Positions 37,883 through 51,150 of a stretch of 64,000 nt of DNA are shown here, one piece after another. A program made the position numbers and the translations under genes. The stretch's first letter is position 1. Each line of letters opens with the position of its first letter. The DNA is from Botryllus schlosseri (taxonomy: Eukaryota), in NCBI GenBank assembly GCA_051294905.1, contig CM119371.1, positions 4,900,001-4,964,000 of the forward strand. Reading direction: 5' to 3'. The notes beneath the pieces are model-generated. The model had not been told where the DNA came from, made no database searches, and saw only the letters and a program-made list of their open reading frames with translations.

Positions 37883-38160
37883 GTATCGTATTTTGATTTT
37901 TTTTTCTAATGGGCTCTGCAGTGTTGGGATGGCAGAGTCTAATTTTTCAAGTGTCTTGACTTAAATCGAGTCGCCTTCAAAAAATGAGCGACGTTAATCG
38001 ACTCAAGTCTCCTTCAAATATCCAATGACTCAACTTGACTCGAGTCACATTCAAAAGTGGAGTAACTTGACTTGCCTCAAAAAATGGAGTAACTTGACTC
38101 CATTCAAACTGTGCAATGACTCGCGACTCGAACATAATGAATCGTTCATAACACTGACCT

Positions 38161-38829
38161 TGCGTCATCACGGAACCAGAGTCTAGTTATGATATGCAAC
38201 ATATTTTGCTTGGAGTCCTTAATCTTCATACTGGTAAAATCATTCACACGGATATCAAGGTGACATTTTGTTGCAGTGGTAACGTACTTGTACAAACTAC
38301 TGGACTATTGAAATATGCTACTAGTACTAAAACGAGACTTGCTCACTTTCCAGAATTTTCGACTAGAACTAGAACGAACGACAATTAAGAATCCACAACG
38401 AACTACTTAACTTGCATATGAATTACTGAATTGCCATGAACTAAAAAATAAGAACATGACACAACAGAAAAACGTTATCATGATTCATACAAAATGTGTT
38501 TTCTAGTTGCCCGACAACCAAACTTTTCAAATCTGCAACTAAATCTAATTAAAAAAGCAGTATTTTGTTGGCTATCAACGAACTAGATTGGTAATTTGTA
38601 CAAGTCTGGATGCTTGTGTAACAAAATGCGACATTTGTATTGACAGCTGAAGAATCGATTCCTGAACAACAATATAAAGATGAAGATATTCTGGCCTAGC
38701 TACCAAATCCGACTTTGACTACCAAAAAAAGACTACATTATGCGGCACACCCAACTGTATTGCCCTGGAAGTTCTAGGAAAATAAGGACACAGTTTCAAA
38801 GTGGACACCCGGTCGTTGGGTTGTGTTAT
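38161..38829 (+). pseudogene. PLK1-like partial copy R2 (exons 3,4)
   Basis: Exon 3 at 38161-38259 (VITEPESSYDMQHILLGVLNLHTGKIIHTDIK|gt); exon 4 at 38647-38829 ([45 protein letters not shown]|gtgagt), which keeps the TLCGTPN activation loop. Confidence 0.88.
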
Positions 38830-39507
38830 GTGAGTATGATGCAGCATTGAGGTCGTAATGGTCTTAGGTGTAGAGCTGGACAATACCGCGAACCCGAGTA
38901 ATTCGACTCTGAATCGAGTCGAGTATTTGAGTAGCATTCATTACAACGTCCACAACATTATGATTGAAGTGCAAAATTGCAATATGAACCTTTTATGCAA
39001 CCACAACAAATATACTGCCAGTTCTACATCATAATAAAGATAATTTTGTAGTTTTTCGGCCATGCTAATTTCATTGCACTTCGTGACAATGCTGTGAGTT
39101 GATATTTCATGGCTCCCACAGAGGAAAATCATATCAAAACTATAATTCTCATTGATGGATTTCATCTTAGTAACCAGGAGCGTATCATTTTAAAACTAAA
39201 AAATCATCACTCAATTCTCGACTCTAATCATTAGAATTGATGCTCAACTCAGATTCCAATATCAGAATCATTGTTTCCAGTCCTAGCCATAAGCCTCCCA
39301 ATCGATAACTTGATGCATTTTTTAATTTACCCTTGGTATACATGGTTGGCCAGTAAGGTACCATAATGGATTTTCGAAATGTGCAACTATAGCTAGAACT
39401 ACTCCCTTTTCCAAGTCCACATTTAGAAATAAGACTAGTCAGAGGAAGACGTAGTTAGTTGCTCGTCACCTAACTAGATTGGTTATTTGAACGAATCTCA
39501 ATTTCAG

Positions 39508-39645
39508 GAAATGTCATCAGAAAGACAAAATGTGTCAGGAGATCATCAATGTTGCTGCTGGAATCACAAGCAAGTCGTTTGATTTTGCGGATTTTTCCAA
39601 GACGAGGATTTTTTCTACATCGTCCTCGAGTTGTGCAAAAGAAGG
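39508..39645 (+). pseudogene. PLK1-like exon-2 relic, copy R3
   Basis: cag|..HQKDKMCQEII...GFFQDEDFFYIVLELCKR|gt, frameshifted. Confidence 0.8.
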
Positions 39646-40236
39646 GTAAAAACATTTCCTCGTTACAACTGTAATGTCTCTCAAACTGTGGTGGTCGCAA
39701 TTGCCTCAGCTCTGTCACGTTCAATAAACCTCCTAGCAGACTTGGACAGCTACATAATTCTTGTCTAATTAGCCTTACTAGAGCCCAAAATACTGGTAAT
39801 CTAGTTTTAATCTGATTTCTCAATGCCTTTACGTCCACATTTTAATTTCATTCTGATTTCTGGTGTTCCTGAATATGGTGCAAAAGAACTGTATCGTATG
39901 AAACAAGCCAAGCCTGGTTTACGGACAATTGCTATTCTCGTGCTTACGAGAATAAACCCGGAATTGTTATCAAATGAACTTGCCTTTCGTACTATTTCTT
40001 TGATGAATTAGGTAATTACCATTCCAATCCAATTTGGAAAGACATTTGTAGCTATCATTCTAATTCTGGTCAAATTTGAAAAAAAACGTTTATCCATAAT
40101 GTTATGATTGACTCCAAATGGAGACACGCGTTTTCTAGTTGATTGGCAACTGAAATTATAAATTCGCAAATAGAACTAGTATTACTCACTTTTCAAAGTT
40201 CGCAACTGAAACTAGTTTCCGGTATCTGAATTCCAG

Positions 40237-41784
40237 GCTTTGCTGGTGGATGATCGTCAGAAAGACGGAATGTGTCAAAGTATCATCAATATCGCATTTT
40301 GAATCACAAGCACGTCATTGGATTTTGCGGAATTTTATCACTCGCTGACTTGGATAACCAATTGATATTAAGTAAACTTATTTTTGGTGGATTTCATTTG
40401 CGGATTCCGTAATTCTAGTCTAATTTGTAAAAAATAAATAATATATAGCTGCCACAAAAGGTAAACAAACTGAGCCAATGAGAGATTGAATTTATCAATG
40501 AGAATTATGGTTCGATGGTATTTTCCACTGTGGAAAGCTACAAACCTCGATAGGTCATATCACAGCATACGTAACACGTAGCACAAAGCTAAACAAGTCA
40601 CTTGAAATGACATATCTGTGAAGTCGTGATCAACTCACAGCATTGTCGTAATGTGTAATGTAATCGGTATGTTTTGCATATTTACAAACTTAGCAAATTA
40701 TCCATGCTGGTATGGCATCATGATAAGTGATGCTCCAATAGTAGGTTAAGAGCCACTGATTCAGATGTTGCCAACAAATAATATTGCTGTTTTCATCTTA
40801 TCAATTTGATTACCTTTCCTTTATGTTTTCAGTCGTTGATGGAAGTTTACAAAAAAGACGCGTCATCACAGATCCAGAGACTCGTTATTGCATGCGACCG
40901 ATTCTGATTCGTGTCGTTATCTTCACGATTGTAAGATCATTCGCAGAGGTATCAAGGTAATAATTGTAGCGTAGTTGTTCAATAAAACTAGTTAGAGCGA
41001 TTGCCTGTTATCTAGTTTTGTCAAAGTTTTCCATGTGCTCATTAATCTAATTTCTGGTTTTTCTGAAATTGATAGATTGGAACTATATCTTGTGAAACCA
41101 ACCAAACTCGGTGTACAGCCACTTGCCATTCTTGAGCTTGTGCGAATAAACTCAGATTTGATATGAAATGAACTTCATCCGATGTCCAAGGTTTTGTCAA
41201 ATCAGTAATTCTAATTGTCATTTAATTTTGACAAATTTGTGTAGCCGTCATTCTAATTACTGTCTGATTTGAAGAAAAACTGTTTAGTTTTCATTCTGAT
41301 TCTAGTCAAATTCGAAACAAAAACTGTGTAGCTGTCATTCTAATTGTACTCTCATATGGAAAAAAACTTTGTAAATGTACTTTAATTCTCATCCTGATAT
41401 AATTTCCTGAAGCTGAAAATTTTCTAGTTGTTTAAGTCTGCAAATCTGCTTCTCCTGATCGTTGAATCTCTTCCTATTCAAACGCGGAATTAGTTTACGA
41501 TATCAAATCTATATCTGCATGCGTATTATAGTTCTAATTCCACACATCTTGATTTCTAAATATATTTGGCAATATGTGAGTTAGTATCTGTGATTTGATT
41601 ATTATCTGTGCATTTCTCACTAGAATGTTGGCAAGCGACCCGTCTCATTGAACCTCCGTAGAAGAAATACTGGCGAGCGAGTTCTCTAACGGCTACATGT
41701 CACGGAAACTGGCACAAACTGCTTGACCTGGCGCCCAGGTTCTCGGAAAGTCGTCACCAAAGCGTCCTCAGCAGAGTTTGAACG
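40237..41784 (+). pseudogene. PLK1-like partial copy R4 (truncated exon 2, exons 3 and 6)
   Basis: Exon 2 at 40237-about 40335; exon 3 at 40833-40956; exon 6 at 41624-41784 (MLASDPSH*TSVEEILASEFSNGYMSRKL...). Confidence 0.82.
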
Positions 41785-42590
41785 GTAAGATTTTTTCGTA
41801 GGCCTTAGCAAATTCGAGTTCGCGATTGATTCGATGCTGAATTGAGTATTGCATTTCGAGCCGCGTACTCGAGTCTCACTCATGATAACTTGAGCCTAGC
41901 TGATATCGTATTTTGAGCCAATACCGATAAGTAGCTCTTTCACCGATAACCCAACTATATCCGGCCGATATTGAAATAATATGGCAACTAACTCAAGGCA
42001 CATTTCCAAACCTTAAGAGCATATATTTGAACAACGTTATGGCCGTTGCTAAACTTAGATATGAAATAAACTAGAAAGGATGCATCTAGACACTTGTAAG
42101 CGGTCAGTAACGAAGCACTTCTACTTTTACCGAGTACTCAAATAGGTTTTATCGTACCCTTGCACTAATTACTTGAGTCAGTCAAGTGATTATGATTTTA
42201 GACTACTTGTTTACCTCCTACGTAACAGTTCAGTTTTTACTCAAAACTAGGTCTACAATAACTACTTTACTACCTACTTCAGAATCGTTTCTTCAGCTTT
42301 TACTTGAGCAGAAATTACGACATTACTTCTATACTCAGGTACTAACGGTGACTATTTTGACCACTCGTAAGCTATAAGAAATCGATGAATATTCCCATTG
42401 TAGCAATCATAGAGGATAGTTCTCTGACTGCCTGCTTTCATCTAGTGACGTCACACAACAGAACACCAGTACGACGACATGCATTTTCTAGTTTTTTAAC
42501 AACTGTATTTGTTTGAATCTGCAACTTGAATTAGAACTACTCACTTTTCATAATCTGCAACTAAAACTAGTGCCGGTATCTGAATTTCAG

Positions 42591-44241
42591 GCACTTCTCG
42601 TGAAGCATCATCCGAAAGACATAATGTGCCGAGAGATCCGCCTCCATCGCAGTTTGAATCACAAGCAAGTCGTTGGATTTCACGGATTCTTCCAAGACAA
42701 GGATTTACATTGTTCTCGAATTGTGCAGAAGGCAAAAGAAGGGTAAAAAAATTATTTACTTGACACATGTCCAGTAGTGGTATGTGTGGTAACAGTATAT
42801 ATGATGCACACACACACCCTGGCCCGACCGCATAACTCATAAAACTTGTCACGCAGCTGTACTTGACTACTCCAATTTGTGAAATGTTCCTGTACTCTCA
42901 TTCTTATTCTAATCTATTCACTGGTTTTCCTAAAAATGCTACAAGAGAACTGTATAGTGCAAAACGAACCAAGCTTGTTGTACCTATACGTACAGACATT
43001 TGCCATTCTCATGCTTATGAGAGCAAACGCACAATTGATGAAATGAACTTGATTTGTGTTTTATGTCTATTGCGAATTATGTAATTATATTTCTAAATAA
43101 ATTTTGAAAAATATTTCGCTGTCTTTCAACTTCCCATCTAATTTAGGAAAATATAGATATCTTAGATATTCCCAACAAACAATATTATTGATTTCATTAG
43201 ATCAATCCAATTATCTTTTTATTTTGTTGTCAGCCACGGATGGAGCTTCACAAAAGGAGGCGTGCCATCACAGGACCAGATACTTGTTGTTGCATGCAAC
43301 AGATTCTGCTTGGAGTTGTTTATCTTCAAGATCGTAAGATGATTCACAGAGATATCATGGTAATATTGCTTGCAGTAGTGCATTGTGCTACGTCAGAGGT
43401 GGTCAGTAACGATGGAACGTGCCAAGCTTACTGTACAGACATTTGCGATTCTTGTGCTTATGAGAAGGAACTCTGGTTTGGTATGAATTGAACTTCATTC
43501 CATGTCCCAAGGTTTCGTGAAATCAGTCACGGTACTTTAATCTAATTTTGAAAAATCTGTGTAGCTATCATTCGAAATTTAGTCTGATTTCAAGAAAAAT
43601 GGGGCATCTTCAATTCTAATTCCAATCGAGTACCATAAAATGTGTAGCTATTATTATAATTTCAATCTAATTTCGAAAATTGTGGACATATCATCATAAA
43701 TATACTGTAATATGGAAAAACTTTGTATCTGGAATGCTAATCCTAGTCTAATTTGAAAACGGGGGAACATTTTATAGTTGTCCAAGTCTACATATAGGTT
43801 TATCATGATACTTGAATCTCTTCATTTCCGGAAACGGAAATAGTTTACTATTTTAAAGAATTTCCGGAAGTTTTGTTGACCAATGTCTAAGTTGAAGCAA
43901 AACCATTTAAAATATACATTGAAATAATTTTCCAACCACAGAGACTTAATTCAGTCCACAAAGGGTTAAATCTTGATTTGTTTTATTGTTTGAAATCCAC
44001 AAATCCTGATTGCCAAACAATTTTATAAAAACATGAGTTACTATCTGGGATTTGATTACCATTTGTGATTTTGTCACTGGAATGTAGGCGAGTGACCCGA
44101 CTCAACGGCCCTCTATAGAAGAAGTGCTGGCGAGCTTGAACGGCAACATTCCTCAGCAACTACCCACAACCTACTGGACGATGGCGCCTAGAATTTCGGA
44201 AAGCCGACCACAGCAAATGCTTGCTCTCCTGAGTTTCAACA
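42591..44241 (+). pseudogene. PLK1-like partial copy R5 (exons 2,3,6)
   Basis: Exon 2 at 42591-42742 ([38 protein letters not shown]); exon 3 at 43234-43359 (MELHKRRRAITGPDT...MQQILLGVVYLQDRKMIHRDIM); exon 6 at 44081-44241 (ASDPTQRPSIEEVLASLNGNIPQQLPTTYWTMAPRISE). Confidence 0.88.
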
Positions 44242-47200
44242 GTGAGTTTTTCGTAGGTCTTGGCAAAATCGAGTTCCTGATTGATCGGATCTGGATCGAG
44301 TATTACGTTTTGAGACGCGTACTCGAGTCTCATTCATGATCACTAGAGCCTGACCGATATCGTATTTTTGAGCCAATACCAACAAGTAGCACCTTCACTG
44401 ATAACCTCGATATATTCGACCTATTTTGAAATAATATGGCAACTAGCTCAAGACACATTTCCAAACCTTCAGCACATTTATTTGAACCACTTTTTGCGGC
44501 CGTTGCTAGACTTGGACATGAAATAAACTAGAAAGGATGCAACTAACGCATGTAAGCGGAGTCAGTCCGTAGCAATAGTAGAGAAAACTAAAAGGATTTG
44601 CCTGCGGCTTCACCATTATTGGTAGTGATGACTCTGAGACGGCTGAAAGAACATCACACAACGGAAAACCGGTATCATGATTCACGACCAACGAAGACAC
44701 GTATTTTCTAGTTGATCGGCAACTAAAATATTTTTACATGCACAACTAAAACTAGAACTACTCACTTTTTAAAAGCCGAACTAAAGCTATTATTCCAATT
44801 TCAGGCATTGCATGTGAAGTAGCAGGAGAAAGATGAATGTATCAAGAGATGAGTCTCCGTCGAAGTTTAAATCGCAAGCACGTCGTTGGATTTCAAGGAT
44901 TGTTCCAAGACATGGATTTTGCCTACGTCGTTCTCGAGTATCTAGTGTAAAAGAAGGTAAAAGAATTTCCTCGTTACAAATGTAATGTACCTGTTACTGT
45001 GCTGGTCGAAAATGCATTAGATCTGTCATGTTCATTACCAGCAGACTTGAACAACCAGATCATTATTGTTGTATACCGTAATATATTAGGCTAAATAGGG
45101 CGAAGTACTTGTGATGTAATTCAAATCTAATTAGTCAACTAATTCTACATATGTAGTTTGGTGAACTATCCTCATGCTTATGATAATCAAGTCCGAATTG
45201 ATATGAACTGAACTTGATTTCTTTTCCCAACTAGGTACTTAAATTCTAATCTAATTTGGATGAATGTGTTCAATATATTTCTAATCTACTTTGAATAATG
45301 TGAAATTTTCTAGTGACACAACTGTGATCACTAGTGCTGGGCACAGTGATTGGATGACTCAAATCTGAATCGAGTATCAATTCTGATAATTTGAGTCGAG
45401 TAGTAGGAAATGTTTGTTTCGAGTGCTGAAAATATACGCTCCATGCCTCAAAATTGAAAATTTATATCAACTATGAGCTGAATTGAACCAGTGGGAATTA
45501 TATTTCTCGCTATGAAAAGCTGTGAACCTTGATTGGTCGTATCGCAGCATACGAAACATGTAGTACAAAGCTATTCACGTTACTGAAAATGACATGTCTG
45601 TGAAGTCGTGAGCAACCTAAAGCATTGTCCCATAGTGTGATGAAATAGATATGGTAAAAAAGTGCCAAATAATCCTTCTAATATGACTAGAATTGGCATT
45701 GTGTTCTTTGTGGTGTTGCTGTGACTTTAACACGAGTTACTCAAACTCATTACTCGATTCAGAATCAAATCACTCAGGTACTCTATTTTAGCCAGCCCTA
45801 TTTATTTCACGTTCAGTATCAAAAAGCATGTATTAAATGAAATTTGGAAGGTTCACCGGTCTGCAAAAACTGTTGTCAAATTTGACCGTCCCTCTAACTT
45901 AGAAAGATTGAGAACCACTGATTTGCGTGTCAAACGTATATTATTGTTTTTCTCATTCCAGCGATCCAATTACATAATACTTTTGTTGTCAGTCGCTGAT
46001 GGAAGTTTACAAAAAGAGATGCGTCGTCACAGAAGCAGAGACCCGTTATCGCAGGCAACGGATTCTGCTTCATGTTGTTGATCGTCACGATTGTAAAATC
46101 ATTCACAGAGATATCAAGGTAACATTGTATGCAGTCGTGCATTCGTAAGCAATCTTCGGAAATTTTGTCAGAAACAGAGCTGGCCGATAATTGGTTTGTC
46201 AATTTGGGGATGAAACTATGCACATTATCTACCACTAACATAAAATAATAGATGGCGCTACAATCTCTCTAAAGTGGACTTGTACAAACTACTGGATTTT
46301 CAACATGCGCAACAAGAATTGGAACTGCTCACTTTTCCTAATTCTTTACTAGTACCAACAACCATTGAAAATCAGCCACTAACTAACTAATACACAACTC
46401 GCTAATGATTGTTTGGTTAATAAATTACAAATGAGCTGAGAAATATCGGAGATAGAATTGGCATCTCAAATTGATGGGGTTTTTAGTTTAAAACGGGAGT
46501 GGTTTCGACCCCCAATACTCAGCCCAGCCTGTACCATTGTTTGGCACGATGACTCAGAGCTAGGGCTGTCATGAGTCAACTCAAGTCAAACTCGAGTCGC
46601 GCTTATTTGGTGACTCGTCTTGACTCGATACATATGACTGTCACTGTAACTTCGAAGAATAGTGAAGTCGCCACATGATTGGTATTCCCTATATCAGTCT
46701 TGAAAATAGGGCCAGAAACTGTAAGACTGATGAAAATAACGATAGTATGAATGCAAGTGATTCTATATCACTCGAGGAGAGTTGGACAAAGTGAATTGAA
46801 ACGGATTGTAATGATAACTGGACATTGAACATAATGACTTGGACTCGAGTCAAAACGCCATAAATCAGACTACACTTTTTACTATCTGACTCTGACTCGG
46901 ACTTGAGTCGGTGGTGAATTGAAAATGAATCGACTTGACTCGAGTCAAAACTTTAAAAAGTGAGATTGACTTGTGACTCGGAACCACTCACTTTTCAAGT
47001 CCGCATCTATAACTTGAACTACTCAAAAACAGTAGGTATTGGCCAGCAAGTAATTGGATTGGTAGTTTGTACAAGTCTGTTTACTTTTGTTTAAATAATT
47101 GCGAAATTTGTATTGACAGCTTGGCAACCTGTTTCTGAACAATAACATGGAGGCGAAAATGATTTTGGCCTGGATACCAAATCAACTTTATGAGGCCCAC

Positions 47201-48456
47201 ACAACCATATTACCCCTGTAGATCTCAGAAAGAAGGGACGCAGTTTCGAAGGAAACAACGAGTCACTGGGTTGTGTTTTGTGTGTGTAATGCAACATTAA
47301 ACTGGGACTTCATAAAAGGAGGTTATATATGTCTTAAAGATAGCGTTCTGCAAAATCGAGTACCTAAGTGATTTGGTTATTAATCGAGTCGAATATTTGA
47401 GTATCTCTCATGACGTCGTAAATTCCAAATATGCACATTTTATGCGATCGCCATGCAGGGTTGATAACCAAGTCACAAGGTCCCGAGTCGCAAGGCAATC
47501 TCACTTTTGTAGTTTTGACTTGAGTCAAGTCGAGTCATTTTCAATTCACCAACCAGTCAAGTGCAAGTGAATGAGTAGATGGTCGAGTCCAAGCCCAAGT
47601 GTTGTGGCTGGAGTCCGAGTCCAAGTCATCGTGTTAACTGTTGAGTGTTGAGCTCAAACTGATTCAAACCAATTTTCAACTCTGCTCGAATGATTTACAA
47701 TTGCTCACATTCATAACACCGTATTTCCCCTCAGACCTAACAGTTTCTGGCAGACCAATTACCAATCTTGTGGTGATTTTAATATTCTTTGAAGTTACAA
47801 TGAGCTGTCTGTCTTGGCCATCCTAGTCATATGTCCTGGTTTGAGTCATGCACAATGACTCGAGTACAAGTCGAGTCAATACACAAGGTGACTCGAGTCG
47901 AATCATATTACGCGCCTGGAAAAATGACTCGAGTCGTGTCACTAAAAAATTAGGACTCGTTTCGAGTCATGAATCCAGCCATCACAGCCCTGCCACTGTG
48001 AATATAATGTCGGTACTACATCTCATTATAAAGATAATTTAGTCATTTTCGACCATACCTATTTCACTGTACTTTGTGACAATGCTGTGGCTTGATCACA
48101 ATGTAGGCAATACCGCATATCGAGTTTTACAGCCTTCCACAGTGGAAATGCCATTGAAACTAATTCTCATTGATAAATTATGGTAACTGTTAGGGACAAC
48201 AAGTGTATATTTTCAGTAAATATACGGATATAGCGACACGATATCAACACTAAAATACCATGATTTTTTCAGCATTTTGTCTATTGACCCATCTCAACGA
48301 CCTTCCGTGAAGCCAGTTGTCTCCAGCTACTTTGTGAAAGCCTACATACCTCAAAAACTACCGACCATCTGCTTGCCTATCACAAATGTCAACGCGAGAT
48401 AATCTTCACCGGTGATATTTTTACACAGCAAGTTAACAATTAGATCTTGACCAAAA
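43160..48456. repeat. Inverted segmental duplication A, right arm
   Basis: See left arm. Lacks the Penelope insertion together with some flanking sequence. Confidence 0.9.
44805..48431 (+). pseudogene. PLK1-like partial copy R6 (exons 2,3,4,6); inverted twin of L3
   Basis: Exon 2 at 44805-44956; exon 3 at 45993-46118; exon 4 at 47120-47279 (LGNLFLNNNMEAK/DFGLDTK...); exon 6 at 48273-48431 (IDPSQRPSVKPVVSSYFVKAYIPQKLPTICL). Confidence 0.88.
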
Positions 48457-48759
48457 CCAACCAACGCGAAAAACAATTTATTTTATCGTTTATAAATTTT
48501 CACATGTTCATGGGAAGCATTGGTTTCATGGGGATCACTTCTCGATGTGTGGAGAATAACGAAGAAGTCCCCTCTTTTTAGCTCGCTACTGGACTACGAG
48601 CGGCGGCACTGCCACACATGCTGTGCATTACGCTTGAAACACAGGGTAACGTATCACGATTTCATTGCAGTACTTCACATCAAGAATTAACTTCGCATAT
48701 GATGGATGGGCATTGGGCTGCTGTGATGAAGGCATTCCAAAGTAAATATAGTCAGAAGG

Positions 48760-48909
48760 ACTGGTACTGTGGAGTATGTGACCTTCAACTTACAGAGAGC
48801 AATTCAATTCGTTGTGACTCCTGTCTCTACCGGGATCATCTCCTATGTGCTGGCCTAAACACTTCCCCAAAACAAAAAAAAAATGGTCCTGTGGCCGCTG
48901 CAAAAAATA
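48760..48909 (+). pseudogene. PHD-finger relic, probably from a DNA transposon (MULE-like) ORF
   Basis: WYCGVCDLQLTESNSIRCDSCLYRDHLLCAGLNTSPKQK, then a frameshift in the A-run to KWSCGRCKK*, completing C4HC3. Confidence 0.7.
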
Positions 48910-49367
48910 ATAGATGCCTCTGTTAGAAAAATAGGTAGCGGCAACTTTGACATTGAAAGTACTTCAATGTTAGTTTTCATGCTTGATGTTCCCAGTGAAA
49001 ACACGCTATCAATGCTCAAATATCTTGGAAGCAGCAAATTGTATGCACAGCATTTACTGTCACTTGCAATATGGAACGTACGGAAATGCCAGCATGCATA
49101 CCAGATTAACACCCAATGATCATATATACATTGAAAGTTATACAAAAATATTTTTCGAACGTATGTGTTCGATGACTTTTTTCATACCTGCTTGTGCTTA
49201 AGTTGTTCACTTCTTTAATACAAGACCCTCGTCGAAGGGAAATATCTACTTGGGCCCATTTAATAGCTACCTAACCAAGAGATCTATCAACTGACCTATC
49301 ATTTTGAATGGATTACCATCTGTGAATTGCTGTATGGCAAATACCTCATTACCTCTTGTCGCCATAA

Positions 49368-49462
49368 TAACACTCTTGCTATACCTGATTACCTCTGATA
49401 GTCCTATTAACACTCTTGACCTACCTGATTGCCTCTGATAGTCGTATTAACACTGTTGCCCT
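49368..49462 (+). repeat. 40-bp tandem repeat, about 2.4 copies
   Basis: taacactcttg...tacctgatt.cctctgatagtc.tat repeated. Confidence 0.8.
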
Positions 49463-50741
49463 ACTTCGCCCAGACATTCATTCATTTGCTATCATTTAAT
49501 TTTTCTTCATCTTTTCAACTACAATTCGTTACAGATGGATGATACAGAGACAATGTAGGCATATACTTGTACCATGCGAGTTTTATCAGACCACTTGACT
49601 TCCAAGGCTGTATCGATCTCTCCTATCCGACACCAAATACTGTGCATGTGCAATGTGCATGCACATATTTTCTGTATGATCATTGCTGCTGTCCATTTGT
49701 TCTGTATTTCTGTTCGTATGAAAATAAAGACTCACAGTCTCTCTCAGTTGGTATTCGAATCAATACTGCGCAGCAACATCAAGTATAAGTACTCGTAGTA
49801 CAGCAGAGGTGACAATTCCGTCTTAGCTGTACAAGTTCACGTACAATTGGTTAGGTCAACGACGCTTGCATGAGTTCAGAAATAGGTGGACGCAGCAAGA
49901 ATCTCAGCGAATCGTTCGTATTCTGACTGCATCCGGTTATTTAACCATAGCACTTTGGAACTCTTCGTATGGCGCAAACATTCCCTCGGAGCTCCAATTA
50001 TGAGCATACAAATCAGTATCCTACTTGTTCTTACTTCATTAAGCGTAGGTGAAGATCTCTTGTAAAGGTAAAGGTGGGCGTCAAGTTCTGGTACTTTCAC
50101 GACAGCAATTTGCAATTATTAGTATGGCGTAAACTTTCCCTCGGAGCTATAATTATGAGCATACAAATCACTGATCAAATCAGTAAGAGTAACCATTCAA
50201 ATCAGTAACCAGAAATGCGAATGAATAATGTACAAAACCGAAACCTGTCAAAAACGCATACGGTCTCCATAGTAACGGGCCTACGTCACACGGTGCCGGA
50301 CGAATAGCCTGAGAAAATTATTCGTCCGGTAACGGACGAGTAGCCACCGCCTTTTTTATTTCATCGATCATACAAAAGCTAATGTTAATAACCATGCAAG
50401 ATGTGGAATGATAAATTTAATAATCTCCGAAACTGATATTAGATCAGTGGTTTTCAACCTTTACTAACATGACGAACTCTTGCGCTAATCAGCAAGCCTT
50501 CTATGGCCGAAAATTATTGCCCAGTAAGAGTATCATAGAATACGAAAATCTACCTCATTATACGCCTGACACATCACTGTAAAATATTGTTCCTCAAGTC
50601 AACAGTGCATCAAAAGAACGACACCCTATGATTGTCTCACGAAAAAAATATTAGAAAGAATATTTCCTGCCAGGCAGTTCTGCTTCCTACTTTTTTGCCG
50701 CCGTACGACCCTAAGGTGTCGCTATGACTCCATAAGGTCTG

Positions 50742-51150
50742 CAGAGATGAGCATGGATTAGGATTAGGTTTTGAAAAAACAGGATTTGTGAAATTTTGTC
50801 GGATTTGGATTGGATTTGGATTAGACATTATTTTCAGAACGGATTAGGATTTGGATTGAATTCACCTATTTTCTGGGAGATTGAAATGTCGTGTGGCGAA
50901 TGGCGACAAACTTTATTTAGATCAGGTAATGATGTACTTATGGTTACTAAGTTATCGTGAATCAAGTGAATCGTTTGTTGTGAAAGAAAATTTTCGAATC
51001 CCTCCATTGCATAAATTAGATTTTTTTCTGAATTTCCAGCTGGAATCGGATTAGGATTGGACATGGACTTGAATTTGAAAAAGATTTGGATTTGAAGGTT
51101 CGGATTTGGATTGTATTAGGACATAGAAATTTCAAATCCGCTCATCTCTG
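50742..51150. mobile_element. hAT MITE with GGATT(A/T) subterminal arrays, absent from the left twin
   Basis: TIR CAGAGATGAGC; perfect 8-bp TSD AAGGTCTG at 50734-50741 and 51151-51158; single empty site at about 31835-31842. Confidence 0.9.

Noticed and set aside
50755..51125. Interstitial telomere (GGATTA/GGATTT hexamers)
   Set aside because: The motifs lie inside a TIR- and TSD-bounded hAT MITE and are better explained as subterminal repeats.
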